From Albugo candida (taxonomy: Eukaryota): DNA of 45,297 nt. The translations under genes were made by a program, and so were the position numbers. The notes beneath the pieces are model-generated. The model ran no database searches. It was given only the letters and a program-made list of their open reading frames with translations, and was not told the origin of the DNA. The DNA lies in contig JBDOQK010000056.1 of NCBI GenBank assembly GCA_040437565.1, forward strand, positions 186,001 to 231,297, read 5' to 3'. Of the stretch, positions 9,970 through 23,379 are shown in pieces (within the stretch, counting starts at the first letter, position 1; each line of letters opens with the position of its first letter).

Positions 9970-11892
9970 AGACAAGGCTTTTTCACACAATAGGCCTCTA
10001 TTGTACTTATTAGCACGCCCGCGCTGTCAGGTGGACAAGGTGCTTCGCACCTGCCTGTTGCATGCTGTTATAGCGGTCAAGAAAAGCTGAGATACTCGCC
10101 AAACATTTCAACTGGTTCTGCTGTTTTATTTTCATATTTCGTGCAAAGTTGCCACCTCGACCACTTAATTGGATATTGTTGTACNNNNNNNNNNNNNNNN
10201 NNNNNNNNNNNNNNNNNNNNNNNNNNNNNNNNNNNNNNNNNNNNNNNNNNNNNNNNNNNNNNNNNNNNNNNNNNNNNNNNNNNNAGACAAGGCTTTTTCA
10301 CACAATAGGCCTCTATTGTACTTATTAGCACGCCCGCGCTGTCAGGTGGACAAGGTGCTTCGCACCTGCCTGTTGCATGCTGTTATAGCGGTCAAGAAAA
10401 GCTGAGATACTCGCCAAACATTTCAACTGGTTCTGCTGTTTTATTTTCATATTTCGTGCAAAGTTGCCACCTCGACCACTTAATTGGATATTGTTGTACT
10501 CATCACTTCCTCTTCAATGTGTGGTTGAGCTTCAAGACCATTGTGCCTACATACTCCCCAATGATCAGTGCACACTTAAAAATGGCAAGAGCATACACCT
10601 CGATCATTGTCCGAGTAGAGAGCCATTTTCTTTTGGTACCATTTTGATAGTGGCACTCAGTGTTTTGCCAACAAGTAGCGTTAAGGTACTGAGTCATACG
10701 CTCATCTCTCGCCACTGAGTCACTTTATTTCTCGTGATGTTAGGCTATCGATTCTTAACAGGATCGTCGCATCCGCACAGGTTACTCATTTATTGCGCCG
10801 AGCTCCAAGTCGAAGGATTTATCATACACTGATCTCCCTTGCGTCAGATAACAAGCGAGTGGTCGTAAAATACTACCCAGAAAAAAAGTAAATACATCAA
10901 GCTATGCTATTTGACCATTTGAACAAACCGTATCGCTTTCCGCGGCCNNNNNNNNNNNNNNNNNNNNNNNNNNNNNNNNNNNNNNNNNNNNNNNNNNNNN
11001 NNNNNNNNNNNNNNNNNNNNNNNNNNNNNNNNNNNNNNNNNNNNNNNTACGCATCACTTCCTCTTCAATGTGTGGTTGAGCTTCAAAGACCACTGTGCCT
11101 ACATACTCCCTAACGATCAGTGCACACTTAAGAATGACAAGAGCATACACCTCGATAATTGTCCGAGTAGAGAGCCATTTTCTTTTGGTACCTTTTTGAT
11201 AGTGGCACTCGGTGTTTTTCCAACAAGTAGCGTTAAGGTACTGAGTCATACGCTCATCTCTCGCCACTGAGTCACTTTATTTCTCGTGATGTTAGGCTAT
11301 CGATTCTTAACAGGATCGTCGCATCCGCACAGGTTACTCATTTATTGCGCCGAGCTCCAAGTCGAAGTATTTATCATACACTGATCTCTCTTGCGTCAGA
11401 TAACAAGCGAGTGGTCGTAAAATACTACCCAGAAAAAAGTAAATACATCAAGCTATGCTATTTGACCATTTGAACAAACCGTATCGCTTTCCGCGGCCAA
11501 ACGTCTCGAAGATATGCTTCCGACTGCTCAATACCAAATCTTTTGACGGAGACATACATTCACTATCCCTTGTATGCATGCCCATAATCGTGTAGACGGC
11601 TTATATTCAAGTNNNNNNNNNNNNNNNNNNNNNNNNNNNNNNNNNNNNNNNNNNNNNNNNNNNNNNNNNNNNNNNNNNNNNNNNNNNNNNNNNNNNNNNN
11701 NNNNNNNNNNNNAAAAAAGTAAATACATCAAGCTATGCTATTTGACCATTTGAACAAACCGTATCGCTTTCCGCGGCCAAACGTCTCGAAGATATGCTTC
11801 CGACTGCTCAATACCAAATCTTTTGACGGAGACATACATTCACTATCCCTTGTATGCATGCCCATAATCGTGTAGACGGCTTATATTCAAGT
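9970..11892. repeat. Gap-flanking duplications (mostly assembly overlaps)
   Basis: 9970-10184 = 10285-10499 (identical); ~10500-10947 matches ~11050-11497 with several SNPs and indels; ~11433-11612 = 11713-11892. Each pair straddles a 100-N gap. Confidence 0.85.
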
Positions 11893-11944
11893 ATTTCCAC
11901 TTCCTATCCCATCTATTTTCTCGTACTACTTTTACGCATGATCC

Positions 11945-14575
11945 ATGCCCGAACTTAAGCAAATCAAAAGTACGATTAATCAAACTTCAAGTGCTTTCCA
12001 GAGAATTAATTTGATACCCGCAATGAATGCGGGAGATAACAACGACACTCTTCTATTATGTGCGGTTGAATGTATTTCTCACCACTACTTCATTGTAACT
12101 CTTTCAAGATACACGTGGAACGTATACCGCCTCGATCAAATTGACGAGCATAACGCAAACAGGAATGTTGCTCATTCGATATTCCCCGTTAAAGTACGTA
12201 TTTTCACTTGCCATTCGGCGCAAATTATCGTCAAATTTGATTGTATGTGTCTTATAGATCGCAACTCATACCAACTTGCAGAAAAAAGAATTTGAAAACC
12301 TCCGAATGTTGCGTCTTTATCAAGTTCACCCGCGTCAAGATAGTATAGTTGAATCTCGAGGCGCTGGTAGTACTCAGCTCGAAAAAGAAACAGAAATTGT
12401 GGTTGGAGGGATTTTCGTGTGTGAGCACCGTTCGGACTCAGAACCCTTGCATACAAGGAGAGCTCACAGGCTGTGTTTCTATTCCCTATCCGACAAAAAG
12501 TAGGTGCAAAAATGCTTCGTCTTCAAAGCTGAGCTTTTGTCGATAGGATGTTGGAGACAAAATGTTACGAGAAATGTGTTTTGGATGCTCGCGTGCACGG
12601 GGCTGTTGTTGCTGTTCTGACCGAAGACCAAGCAATCGACCTTATCGAACTTCACCGGTATCAAGTTGTTCGAACTATAAGAGAGGTTGTGAATGCAAAA
12701 TTCGCAATTGGATCGGAATGGATTATTTTTTCGTCGTCGACTCCTTCGTATTGGTATGAAAATTCTGGAGATTCAAGCATAAACGCACAATACGAGAAAC
12801 GATTCAGACATCAAGCTGCACGTTCGGACGCTCTTATTGAGAACAAAATAAAATATGGAAATTCACAGTCGACGTCTCCTTCGTTCACTGCTGTCGACGT
12901 CGCTCAGAGTCTCGCATCAGGAATTTATTATCTGGGGGAGCTTGGGCGTTCGACTTTGTCACCTTATTTCTCATCTCCACCAGAACTTTTTCAAAGTCGC
13001 TCTCGACCAAACGTAGACACTGGCGACGACGATAATTATGTCTCTGGATCGTTGTCAGCATCACCAAATCAGAAGAACGTACCTAACAATCACAGTGGAT
13101 CTGTAATCGTACAAAGTCTACAAAGCGAACGAATTCTTTGTCGGTTCAAGTGTCATTCGAGTCCCATTGCTGGACTTTCAATTGACCGATCAGGATTACT
13201 AATAGCAACTTGCTCGATCAAAGGTCAAAATATCCACGTGTACCGACTCTTCCCTGCATTGCAATCCAAATGTGCAATAAATGACGACATGGCGCAGTCT
13301 TATCAGTTACTGTACAAGCTTCAGCGAGGAATTACACATGCCCAAATTATCGATATCGCCTTCAGTCAGGATTCTAAGTGGATCACAGCGACCTCTGCGC
13401 GTGGAACAAGTCACGTGTATGCCATTCATCCGGAAGGTGGAAGGATCACACAGTACAGCCATCTGGATTTTGACACAGATCTAGAAGACGGAGAAGTTTT
13501 CGATGAGCTCAATGGGATGCAGAGGAAGCACATCGATGATTTTTGCGCAGATTATAGAATATTGGAAACAAAAAAATTGAGTCAGGTGGCGAGATTCCAT
13601 CACTCACTTCCTGTGTCCATGAAATCGGGAGGATATGGAAGGAAGGAAAGGTCTGTATTCGAAAGTGCGTTGGACGTCTCCCATACATTTATAAATCAAT
13701 GTGGAATGACGCCATCATCGTCTTTCCACAATTGCATGAGTGACTCTGAAGAAGGAAGGCACTACCATTCACCAACAGGAATAGCGCATTCGCCCCCGAT
13801 TTCTTGCTGTTTCGGACATGATAATTCGGTTTTGTTCTGCTGCAATTTTGGCAATGTGTTGGTGCTTCAGCTCAAGTGCAATCCCGTGAACGGACGAAAA
13901 ACATCTTTGGAAGCACGTATGGAAGATGCACAATTCATGTTCGATGTCACTTTTGATGTCGTAAACCGTTGGAATATGCAGCAAGTTTCAACCTTCCAAA
14001 AGAACTTCCCACACGCTTTATCAACAAAGCCGTATATCGCTGAATCCAAGTGTGACGGTAAAAGCGAGCTTCGCACGTATGTAGACCGCGAAGTTCCTCT
14101 GTGGGCTCGTCCAAGCATCAAGTTTCGCGTTACAGATTCTGCAAACCCTGAAGGGAGGATTCAGGAAGTCAATCGACGTGGTCCGAATGTAACCCGAGGG
14201 GGCTCGCAAACAGACAGAGTCGATGCTGCCAAAAACTGGGAAGCAAACGTTTTTGTCTTCGAAATGGATTCTTATTTCGGGACGGGCAAGTCACCCGTAT
14301 TTGATGGTCAAGATTGTAATCAATTACCCGAAATTCCAGGGTTTAATTTATACGATAATATTGATACAGCAATGCGTTCAAGTGTAAAGCTTTCGAAAGA
14401 AGACGACACTTTAAAAAAAGCGGAACCCGAAGACTCACAGACGATAAAGGAAATACAGCTGACAGATCGACCCGGAATGTGTTCAGGCGCAGAGCCGCAG
14501 TCCAAACAAAATGGCTTCATAGCCGGTGTCGTCCTTCAAGAATCATACTTTAACCTCCCAGAAGATCAAACATAG
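11945..14575 (+). CDS. BCAS3: BCAS3 / ATG18f-h-like WD40 beta-propeller autophagy protein, three exons
   Basis: Exons 11945-12193, 12258-12499 and 12547-14575 are joined in frame by GT-AG introns of 64 and 47 nt. Motifs FKCHSSPIAGLSIDRSGLLIATCS, LYKLQRGIT.AQIIDIAFSQDSKWI..TSARGTSHVYAI.PEGG and the C-terminal ELRTY...PLWARP..KF. Start codon uncertain. Confidence 0.85.
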
Positions 14576-14827
14576 CAATATCTGAGCGTCAACTCAGCGT
14601 ATTCAAGTATCAGATCTCGCTTTGTACCCCAACTTGGTCGAGACGCATGATCACTACAATCCGAGGACCACGTTTTAGCAGCCGACGACAATTTCAGCGT
14701 TGCAAAAAGCTTTACAAAGGCGCTCAGTTTGCAGTATGAAGAACTGAATTCACCCAAAGTAAACTATTTTTGATCCTTATGTGTGTGTGCATTCTGCCAC
14801 CAGGCCTTTTCCTTTGCTTCTACTTCC

Positions 14828-15178
14828 TTAAGAAACGAATTGAGCGTCGAGGATCGTCGAAAGCTCCTACAAGTATTAGATTTGGGTCAGAATGCTTCAT
14901 CGTTGAATTTAAGGGATACATCGATATCGCACCTCGATTGTTGGCCACCTGCCGCTTTGTATTTTAGAGAAAATCAAATCATCTGAGCATAAGAAATGAG
15001 AAAGATTAAAAGTGTAGTAAAAGAAACGAAATTTACCATTCAAATAAATCTCAAATGCCCCTGAAGAAACGAGTTTCTGAGAGATTGTACCGAGCAGAAT
15101 AAGGACTGTGAAGCACGCGATCCGATTATCCATCGCTTTCTTAATGTGCGTCTCATCCCAACCAAATTGCCGAAATAT
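14828..15178 (-). CDS. SELT: Selenoprotein T-like (Rdx/thioredoxin-like) protein, last three exons; 5' part lost in the gap
   Basis: Exons 15178-15037, 14982-14933 and 14866-14828 with GT-AG introns of 54 and 66 nt give IFRQFGWDETHIKKAMDNRIACFTVLILLGTISQKLVSSGAFEIYLNDDLIFSKIQSGRWPTIEELSTILDAQFVS*. This matches the SelT C-terminal pattern S(T/S)GAFEI.LN....SK..SG..P. Confidence 0.85.
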
Positions 15179-16004
15179 CTATTTTTTGTCGTGGTAATCA
15201 AAAGNNNNNNNNNNNNNNNNNNNNNNNNNNNNNNNNNNNNNNNNNNNNNNNNNNNNNNNNNNNNNNNNNNNNNNNNNNNNNNNNNNNNNNNNNNNNNNNN
15301 NNNNTATTGATACGAAACAGCACTGTGTGATCAAAACCTCTCATCCGTCTCCACTTGGTGCGGCCAAAACCAGTGCTCCTTTCCTAGGATCCCGCTGCTT
15401 TTCCAAAGCCAATTCGTACTTGATCAAGCACAATAAGGAACCGATCAATTGGAACATTACTTAGGATTCTGATTTTTCTCACAAATTTCGGTCACGACAT
15501 CTTCAAATTCAAGTGGACCTGCAGAGAATCCGTAAGTCAGAATTTCCATCAACGTGGTTCTACAGAGGATCCATTTCTTGTAATCATTTGCAGCTAAGCC
15601 GTGTAATATATACCAATGCTTGACGAATAATGAAGAATTCTCTGTGTATGATTGCAGGATCAGCAGGTCTTTGGACAGAGTCCACACAGTACACAGTTGA
15701 ATACTTGATTAAATCCCGTCAGTCTGATAGGATTGGCTAATTTTATGCTTGCATAGTGCCAACGCACGCCTAGGTAAGGGACAATATGATAGCACTGCCA
15801 GCTACTTTTCGACGTCACCTATTTTGCGCTCAATTTGGAATCATTCAATTCGATTCGCGTTCGCATTTGCTCGTTTTGTGATCATTCTTCATTGGCTATT
15901 TCACAGTTCACGGTTTGTTCATGACACAAAAATATTCTATTCTGTAAACTGAGTTCTAAAATATCACTATTTACGGGTCATTCATGAAACAAGAACCTTA
16001 TATT

Positions 16005-17291
16005 CTATAAACTTGGTCCTATGGGTCCTGTTGTTGCACTTCCACATCTTCGTGCGCTTTGTCCTACCCTCCTGCAACGGCCACATCTTCTTTGCATAGG
16101 TGCATCCACAGCTGCTAGAATTTACTCAAATTCCGACGAGTTTCTTTGCGTCGATGATGCAGATGAGTGTTTCGTTCGTGTCGATCTAGATGGCTTCCCT
16201 CGCACTTGCACATATACTGGTTCAAGGATAGCACTTGCAGCAGCTGCAGCGCTGATTTTGATGTCCATGAAGAAGACTCAGTTGTGTACGATTCCGTTAC
16301 CGCTTGTAACGCACTGGACACTCAACTGCCCCTACCCATGCACGATGATTAATCCAACCACCAATGCTGAGGGAGATCGGCCATCCCTAGTGATATATAA
16401 TTGACTCCAAAGCTTGGCTCAATCTCATTGTGAGATCCATCCAAATTTTCATACGTAACGTTCCATTGCATCACATTACACACGAATATCCCATTGCTGT
16501 CCTCCAGTGGCCTTGGCAGTCCCTGCCAACATTCCTTGCCAGATATTTCATATGCGTCCCTCGTAAAGCTCAAGCTGTATGTCACCAATAGAACGCTCCC
16601 TTGCAGATCGCCTCAAAAGAGATAGTAACTCAATCAAACACATGACATGAAGAGCTTGTGCTAGCAAAGCCATGCGCTAGCAGTGTATATTTTCCTACCT
16701 GTGGACACAGCAATCCATTTATACAAATCCACATGGGCACTCTCCACGCACGATGTTGACGTGTAGACATAATGTGGAACACCGTGCATCCAAGCATTGA
16801 CAAGTTTTGCTAGCATATGGTAAAGGACAACAAGTTGTTTACTGGTTCAGGTTTGACAATACATGCGGTTAGCTGTTACCTTGTAGATAAGCCATGTGCT
16901 TGCCAGATAATGAATGGTTTGACTAGGCAAACAACCACGCGTTTTCTCGAGGACTGCTTTGTATGCTCCTTCACTAACAGCATTCACTTACCTGTTCCAG
17001 TATTGGAGAAACGGTCAAAATTCTCCTGCGAGGAAACGCTGTCCGTTGTTTCGCAAATATGTTTTGCTGGTATGCCAACGGCGTAACAATGCGCCTGCTG
17101 TCGGAAATGCTGTCAACAGTGCGGTTGTGAGTGCAAGTTACCGATCTCTCACATAAGGAAGCTGGTGGTCGATACCCCAGTCATTGAATAAATCCTTTAT
17201 CTTGACCATTGCCCAGTAATAGTCCGCAGTCGTTTCCTTATTCATAGCAAAATAACACAGGGTGTATTGGCAAACTGTAAGGTCTGCACGA
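16005..17291 (-). mobile_element. Degenerate Mutator-like (MULE) transposase, 5' end cut by a copia LTR
   Basis: Minus-strand translations: YFAMNKETTADYYWA...RDR*LALTTAL..AFP.AGALLRRWHTSK (MULE DDE domain), NAWMHGVPH..TSTSCVESAH..LYKWI.VSTG, GLP...QW, and the C-terminal knuckle RCGRCRRVGQSARRC. Contains stops and frameshifts. Confidence 0.75.
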
Positions 17292-17502
17292 TGTTAAAAA
17301 CAGAGTACAGTGGGGAATAAATGTATTGAATGTAGTTAGAAGGAGTTCCTAATTACGCACACTGCGATCCTTCAAAGTGAGTTTTCTCCCGCGGCTCCTC
17401 GCAGTCGATCTGGTTTCTTCTAGCACGTCTTCACGGTCGTAAGAGTCACTTTTTCTTTACGGCGGCGGATGTTGTGCACTCGATGCATATGATTTTCCAA
17501 CA
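17292..17502 (-). repeat. Putative 3' LTR (211 bp) of the minus-strand copia
   Basis: Minus strand begins TGTTGG immediately after the PPT and ends TTAACA, where MULE coding sequence resumes. No second copy is in the window. Confidence 0.7.
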
Positions 17503-19305
17503 CTCTTTCCTGGCGCTTTGATGAACACCACTTCAGCCTATGAGCAAACGCAATTCTTGAATCCTTGAAGCTGGCAGCACCTTCGTCAGTAAATCGGCGA
17601 CCATCGTGTTCTGTACATTCATATGTTGGCTTGACCGTCTCCTTCTTGGCGTAATCACGTAAGAATTTAAGCTTCATAATCTACATGCTTCGTGCCGGCA
17701 GAGCTCGCCTCGTTTCGATTTGCTTCACTGCAGCTTGGTTATCAATCTTGAGCAACACAGGTATCTTTACTCGTTGTCCGAGCTCTTCGTAAAGCTCCTG
17801 AAATCCCAGCGCCTCACATCCTCCGACGGCCGCAGCGACGAACTCCGCTTCCGCTGTCAGCTGACCCCCGCAGCTTGCATCTTGCAGTGCCGCCCTACAG
17901 TAATTCCATTCAAAGCCTGCACAAATGCACTCACAGACTTTCGGTCTTCATTGTCAGCCGCGAAGTCTGCATCACTGAAGCTGACAATCCTGATGGGAGA
18001 CTGGGGCTCGCTGTCTTCACGCAAATGCAGCTTTAAACCTTTCGTTCCCTTTAAGTATCTTGCAATCTTTTTTGCAAGCTTATCATCTTGCAACGTTGGT
18101 GCGTGAATTTGTCTAGTCGCTCTGTGCACCGCAAACGAAATGTCTGGACGCGTGCAGCGCGATACCCATAGCAAGCTACCAACTAGAGACTGGTAATACT
18201 TGATGGTCGGTACTCGATGCAAACTCACAGCTTTTTATTTCAGCAGCTCGTCGTCTCCTTCGTTTACTTGCACTTCAGATATCGGTACTCGTACCGGGTT
18301 CGCTTCAGCCAGACCATGTTATTCGAGCGCTCTGCTCCTGGTCGATAGAATAGCCTCCTTCTTTTGTCCATGCAATTCTCATTTAACAATACCGAGATCC
18401 TTGAGCTGGAGCACCTTCATGTCAGTAAAGAACTGATCAATGTGCTCCACTATCGTACCTGTAATTAGCAGGTCATGAACATAGACCCCAACGAGTCATA
18501 TTATCCTCGTCGACCTTGTAAAAAATGCACGGGTCATTAATGCTTTGCATAAATTCAATCTTGAGCAGCGTGTCACACAACAGTTGATGCCAAAGTCTTC
18601 CTGCCTGTTTTGATCCATAACGACTTCGTCGTAGAAGCAGCATCAATTCATCAGGTTCCGTTACGCCAAGTCGGTCTAGGGTGTCTTGGGTCACTTTCAT
18701 TCCATCGGGAATTCTTAAGTGGATTTCATACTCTGGCTCCGTGAAAGCTTTCGGGTACGCGCTTGGAACGTCACCATGCCTAGCCGGAACTCCCCAAATC
18801 CGTGAAAACGTAAAAATGACAAACGCATTTTTTATCGGCATCACCGTAGAGAATGTGGGATTGTAATTCACACCAAATATTTGCTTGTCGCCGCGAACCA
18901 CCAGTCTCGCCTTGTATCTTGCCACAGTCCCGTTTGCCCTTATGTTGGCTTTATAAACACACTTGGTTGGGATGGTTTTCACGTCCTTTGGAAATTTCAT
19001 CACCGTTCACGTTTCGTTTTCCTCAAGTGACGCAAGTTCCTCTTGCGTCCAGCAACCGCCCACTTGGCAATGTCAGGTCCACGACGCGCTGCCCCATGAT
19101 TTTTTGACTTAATCACTGGATCCGACACTTGCAACTCTTCGGCACTCGTTTCTAGTCTTCCCATACTGATGCATTATCCTTGATATAAATAGCTGAGTGA
19201 GCTGACCTTTTCTCGTGTTTCCATGCTCCTTCATTCACCATGCTCGTCTGCCTCGGCTTGTTTTTTGTTTTCGTACGTTTGCGCTGTGATCTCCTTGGAC
19301 CTGAT
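17292..19305 (-). mobile_element. Ty1/copia retrotransposon 3' half (RT, RNase H, PPT, 3' LTR), pseudogenised
   Basis: RT motifs RYKARLVVRGDKQ, HGDVPSAY, YGSKQAGRLW, DPCIF, YQSLVGSLLWVSRCTRPDI; RNase H FSDADFAADNEDRKSVS and KHVDMKLKFLRD; purine tract CAGGAAAGAG just before the LTR. Confidence 0.93.
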
Positions 19306-19405
19306 NNNNNNNNNNNNNNNNNNNNNNNNNNNNNNNNNNNNNNNNNNNNNNNNNNNNNNNNNNNNNNNNNNNNNNNNNNNNNNNNNNNNNNNNNNNNNNN
19401 NNNNN

Positions 19406-20473
19406 ACACTTTGTCTATACAAGATGCCAAGGCCCAGGATAGATTATGGATTCCGGGCAGTGGATCTAGGAGGCACCTCTTCAATGATGAGGCAAAATAA
19501 TGTGATGACCAATGCCTGGTCGCCAACGGAAAAACGCTTCGTCTTACATTGGCCGGAAATGTGATGATTCACGTGATGGCATGCGGAAAAGCTAGTATTA
19601 TACGACTTACAGAAGTCTAGTACGCACCGCTGCTAACGCGCAATATCGCTGTCGTACGGTTTTCTTGAGCTTAGAAGTTACGGCCTCTAGTATAAGAATA
19701 ACAGGAAAGCCCTTAACGCCCTCAATACCGGCTCCGTCGTGCTCGACGTGGCGATGTGCAACAACGTGCTCGTCATCGAGGCGTGAGAAAAAAGAGCTAA
19801 CGAAGGGATATTGAAGACGTTCATTGCTGCGATTGATGAAGAAAAAAATCAGGAAGTTGATGAAGGTGTGCATTCAGGAACGCTCATGCACTTTCACCAA
19901 CTTTTCGGCCATCTATCCTACAACACTATTGAGAGAGCGGTGCGTGATCCTAGATCTGGAATCCGGCTTACTGATAAGGAGAGAGTGACGTGTCACATGC
20001 ACGCAAGAGAAGAAGTCAAAGAGCGCGCAGTCCAAGAAGGACACAGGCGTGCATTCACCGATTTACCGTATTGGTGGTGTTATCTGTTCGGACCTCAAAG
20101 GGCCCATGTCACCAAAAGATCGAGTGGGAAATCGGTATCTTGTCAGCTTCGTGGATCACAAGAGAGATTACTGTCGCGTGTTTCTCGCACGCATAAAGGA
20201 TCAAGAGTCGAAGAAGTTTGAGTATTTCTTAATCTTCTTTGAGAAGCGTTTCAGTTGCCGGGTCCATGTTCTGCGAACGGACGGTGGTTGGGAATACAAG
20301 AATGTGGATTTTATTTGCTGGCGTGGCGAGACAAGTGAGCGAGGCGCGCAACCAAGCTACAGATGGAAAAGCCGAGCGTTTGCACAAAACGTTCCCAAAG
20401 AATGGCGCGCTCTATGATATTCGCAAGAAAACTCCCGCTGTCTTTCTGGGGTGACGCGGTCGAATACTCGGCG
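19406..20473 (+). mobile_element. Ty1/copia fragment (protease remnant, GAG-pre-integrase, integrase core) ending at a hAT insertion
   Basis: LWIPGSGSRRHL (degenerate WILDSG), HFHQLFGHL, ICSDLKGPM...RYLVSFVDH, LRTDGGWEY, GKAERLHKT, LPLSFWGDAVEYSA; then an abrupt switch to hAT terminal sequence. Confidence 0.9.
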
Positions 20474-20647
20474 CTGGGGCTGCAAATGGATCTAGATTCA
20501 CTGGATCTGGATTTTTTTTCAGATCCAGATCCATTTAGCAAACGGATCCTATTCTTAGATCCAGATCCATTTAACAAATGGATCCAACTCACAGATCCAG
20601 ATCCATTTAGCAAATGGATCCAACTCACAGATCCAGATCCAGATCCA
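20474..20647. repeat. hAT left terminus and 36-bp subterminal tandem array
   Basis: Three units like AGATCCAGATCCATTTAGCAAATGGATCCAACTCAC; each contains the inverted pair GATCCATTT/AAATGGATC or a one-base variant. Confidence 0.85.
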
Positions 20648-23379
20648 CCAAGATCTCATAAAAATATAAAAATAAATTTAATTGAAATATGAGTCTATGG
20701 TATTTTCAAGTAGTTCTCCCTTATTTTGAAAAGTAATTTTTTCATTATCAGCCCCTGATCTTGAACAACTTAAATGGTAACTAGGACTAGTTTTTTTGGA
20801 CATGAGCCAATCTTTTGTGCAGATCAAAGCTTCTACTGCTAGGAGGGAGGCTAATCGAAGATCTAAAATCATCCAGGATTCGTCCTCCGAAGATGAAAGC
20901 TTGCTCAGAGGCAACCGATATTGCAGGAATTGCCATGACGTCAACAGCAATTTGAGACAATAGAGGAAAGTTTTCGTGGTTTGATTTCCACCACTCTAGT
21001 ATAGAGAGATCAGCTTGGAGAGGGTAAGCGGGTTCTTTCTGGTATATCTCAAATTCCGACTTTGTTTGCATCTGGCTGGTATTTTGAGAGGCTTTCAGAA
21101 AGTTTAAAAATCCTGCTTGCTCACTGAAGGTAGCCTCAATAATATTTGCAAAATATATAGAAGAGTTGAGTTGCGAGATAGAATCATCTTGTCTGATATT
21201 ATCAAGTCTGTATTTGTCGAGGAATGCTAGGAAACTAAAAGTGGTGTAATTAGCCTTTGTCTTGAACAGGTAAAAAGTATATCCAAAAGCTACCTTGATT
21301 CCAAGTCTACCATCTTATCAATGCATACACTGCATCAACTTGTTCAAAAACATATGAAAAGTATCTCATCTTGTAATGAGGATCAAAGGATAGTGGCAAA
21401 AGAAAGATTCTTCTCTGAGGGCTGATTTCTTCCATACTCCGATTTTTTTTCAATTTTGCCTCCATAGGCTGGCTTATACTCCTGATGAAATCATTGGGAT
21501 GAGTCTTCCCGACCTCAATAGTTTTTAGCACTGCCAAAGAAGAGTGAACACAAGATGAGCTGTTGGAATAACTGCATCCCGAAAGATCTAAAGTTGCTGC
21601 AATAAGGAGCATTAGCCGAAACCTTTGCAATTGTGTAAATGTGTTAACAACAAAGTGCAATTACCTTGCTTGAAAATTTTAAAAAAACCAGCCAGTCTTC
21701 ATTTATCCCATTCTTTTACTGAAATCTCTTCGAACGGTTTCTGATCGGCAAGGGCATTGAAGATACTTATGTACGGAAAGGTGCTTAACATATCATTTGT
21801 CGAGTTCCAGCGAGTTGCAACATCTGGTTTTGGCTGGGCTGTCGTGGAAGGGATACTGGAATCATTTCCAATCGCTGCTTTCCACAAGCGTTTGCGAGCA
21901 GGCGACGATCTAATCCATTTTATGTTGGACCGAAATTGAAAAGAAATTGCAGTATGAGGTGAAATTCAAATAAGGAATACCACTATGATTGATTGTTTAA
22001 TTACCAAAGATTACTCTGAAGCATTCATCCCGTCATCGACTATCAAATTCAAGATGTGTGCAATGCACTTTCCATGAAAGTATTTGGGATCTTGATTTCT
22101 ACTTCTAAATGTTGAATAATATGGCCAACCGCCACCTTGTTTGATGAAGCATTATCAAGGGCGAGGGTCATCATCTTTGAAGTTGAAGCCACCACTCCCA
22201 GGAAATCTGTAGATATATCTTTGCCAGTGTGTCCTCCTGTCAAATCACGAAAGCTGTTTACCTTTTTGTTGAACTTGTATCCTGAAGTGATCCATTGCGC
22301 AGCCACTGCCATGTAGTTAATGTTTTGATTAGAAGTCCAAATATCTGAGGTAAAAGATATTCTAGAATTGGAGGCCGCAATGTCAGCCATGATTTCCGCT
22401 GTCATCTTCTGTAGTTGAGTCAACATTTTGGCTTTGACAGTTGCTCTGCTGATAGCTTTGAAGTTTGGCTGTAAAGTTTCCATCAGGCTGCGGAATCCAG
22501 AAAGTTCCACATGAGATAATGTCAACTCACGAAGAATATTCATTCCGATTATCTCTCGTTGGCAACGTTTGATCATATTTCCAAATTGACTGGGAAGGTC
22601 TTGCGAAACTTAACACTGTTTGGGTTTCCCCTTTGGTGTCCACCTTATGCTTTTTGTAGTGCTTTATTACAGCAGATGTTCCTGTTTTAAAGCTCCGGAC
22701 AGCAGAGCATTTGTTGTTGCACTTGGCTTTCAGATCCCTCTCGGGGGTTTTATACTCCTCGAAATCTTCCCAGACAGCTGAGGAGCGGCCCCGCTTTAGC
22801 ATTTGTTAGTTGATAGGACTTTCAAGAGCAGTTGATATTTGAGTTGCTACCTAGTTTTTAATTTTGTTGTCTTGTTGTGTGAGTATAACATAAATCACCC
22901 CTTAGCGGAGTATATTCCTAACCTTATTTGAACATAACGCACTTATTCCAAGATATACATTCTACGTACACAATAATATCAACGATCTTTACACATTACA
23001 AGAATATACTGCAACAGGGGAGTCAGTGTCAGTATCAGTATTAGTGTCAGTTTCTCTGGGATTATTTCATTGACACCAGGACACCAAGGAATCTGTTCTG
23101 ATTGTATGTCTGGATTTTTCTTTGTTATTATTTCGGGCAGCGGAATCCCGTTAAGCTGAGTGATGTGTTTCACCGGCCACAAAGGGTTTCTGGGGTTCGG
23201 CCAAAAGGAGCAGAGTTTTATTTTAACCTACCTCTGGAGCACAAATATCAGATCTACCCTGCAATATAATCTATAGAATATAATTCACGATATAGATTGT
23301 CATGAGTGGCATATTTCATCAAAATTCTACATATGACCGTCATAGTTAGTACTTGGTAGATGCATGCTATATTTTTTGA

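Noticed and set aside
10503..10715. Minus-strand peptide with IIGEYVG, reminiscent of a SET domain
   Set aside because: Only a short motif; no NHSC/ELxxDY motifs, and the frame differs between the two copies.
15305..15700. 5' exons of SelT beyond the gap
   Set aside because: Minus-strand translations show no SelT N-terminal CxxU/CxxC similarity.
20474..20692. CRISPR-like or DPDPF peptide-repeat ORF
   Set aside because: No unique spacers or cas genes, eukaryotic context, and the units sit at both ends of a hAT.
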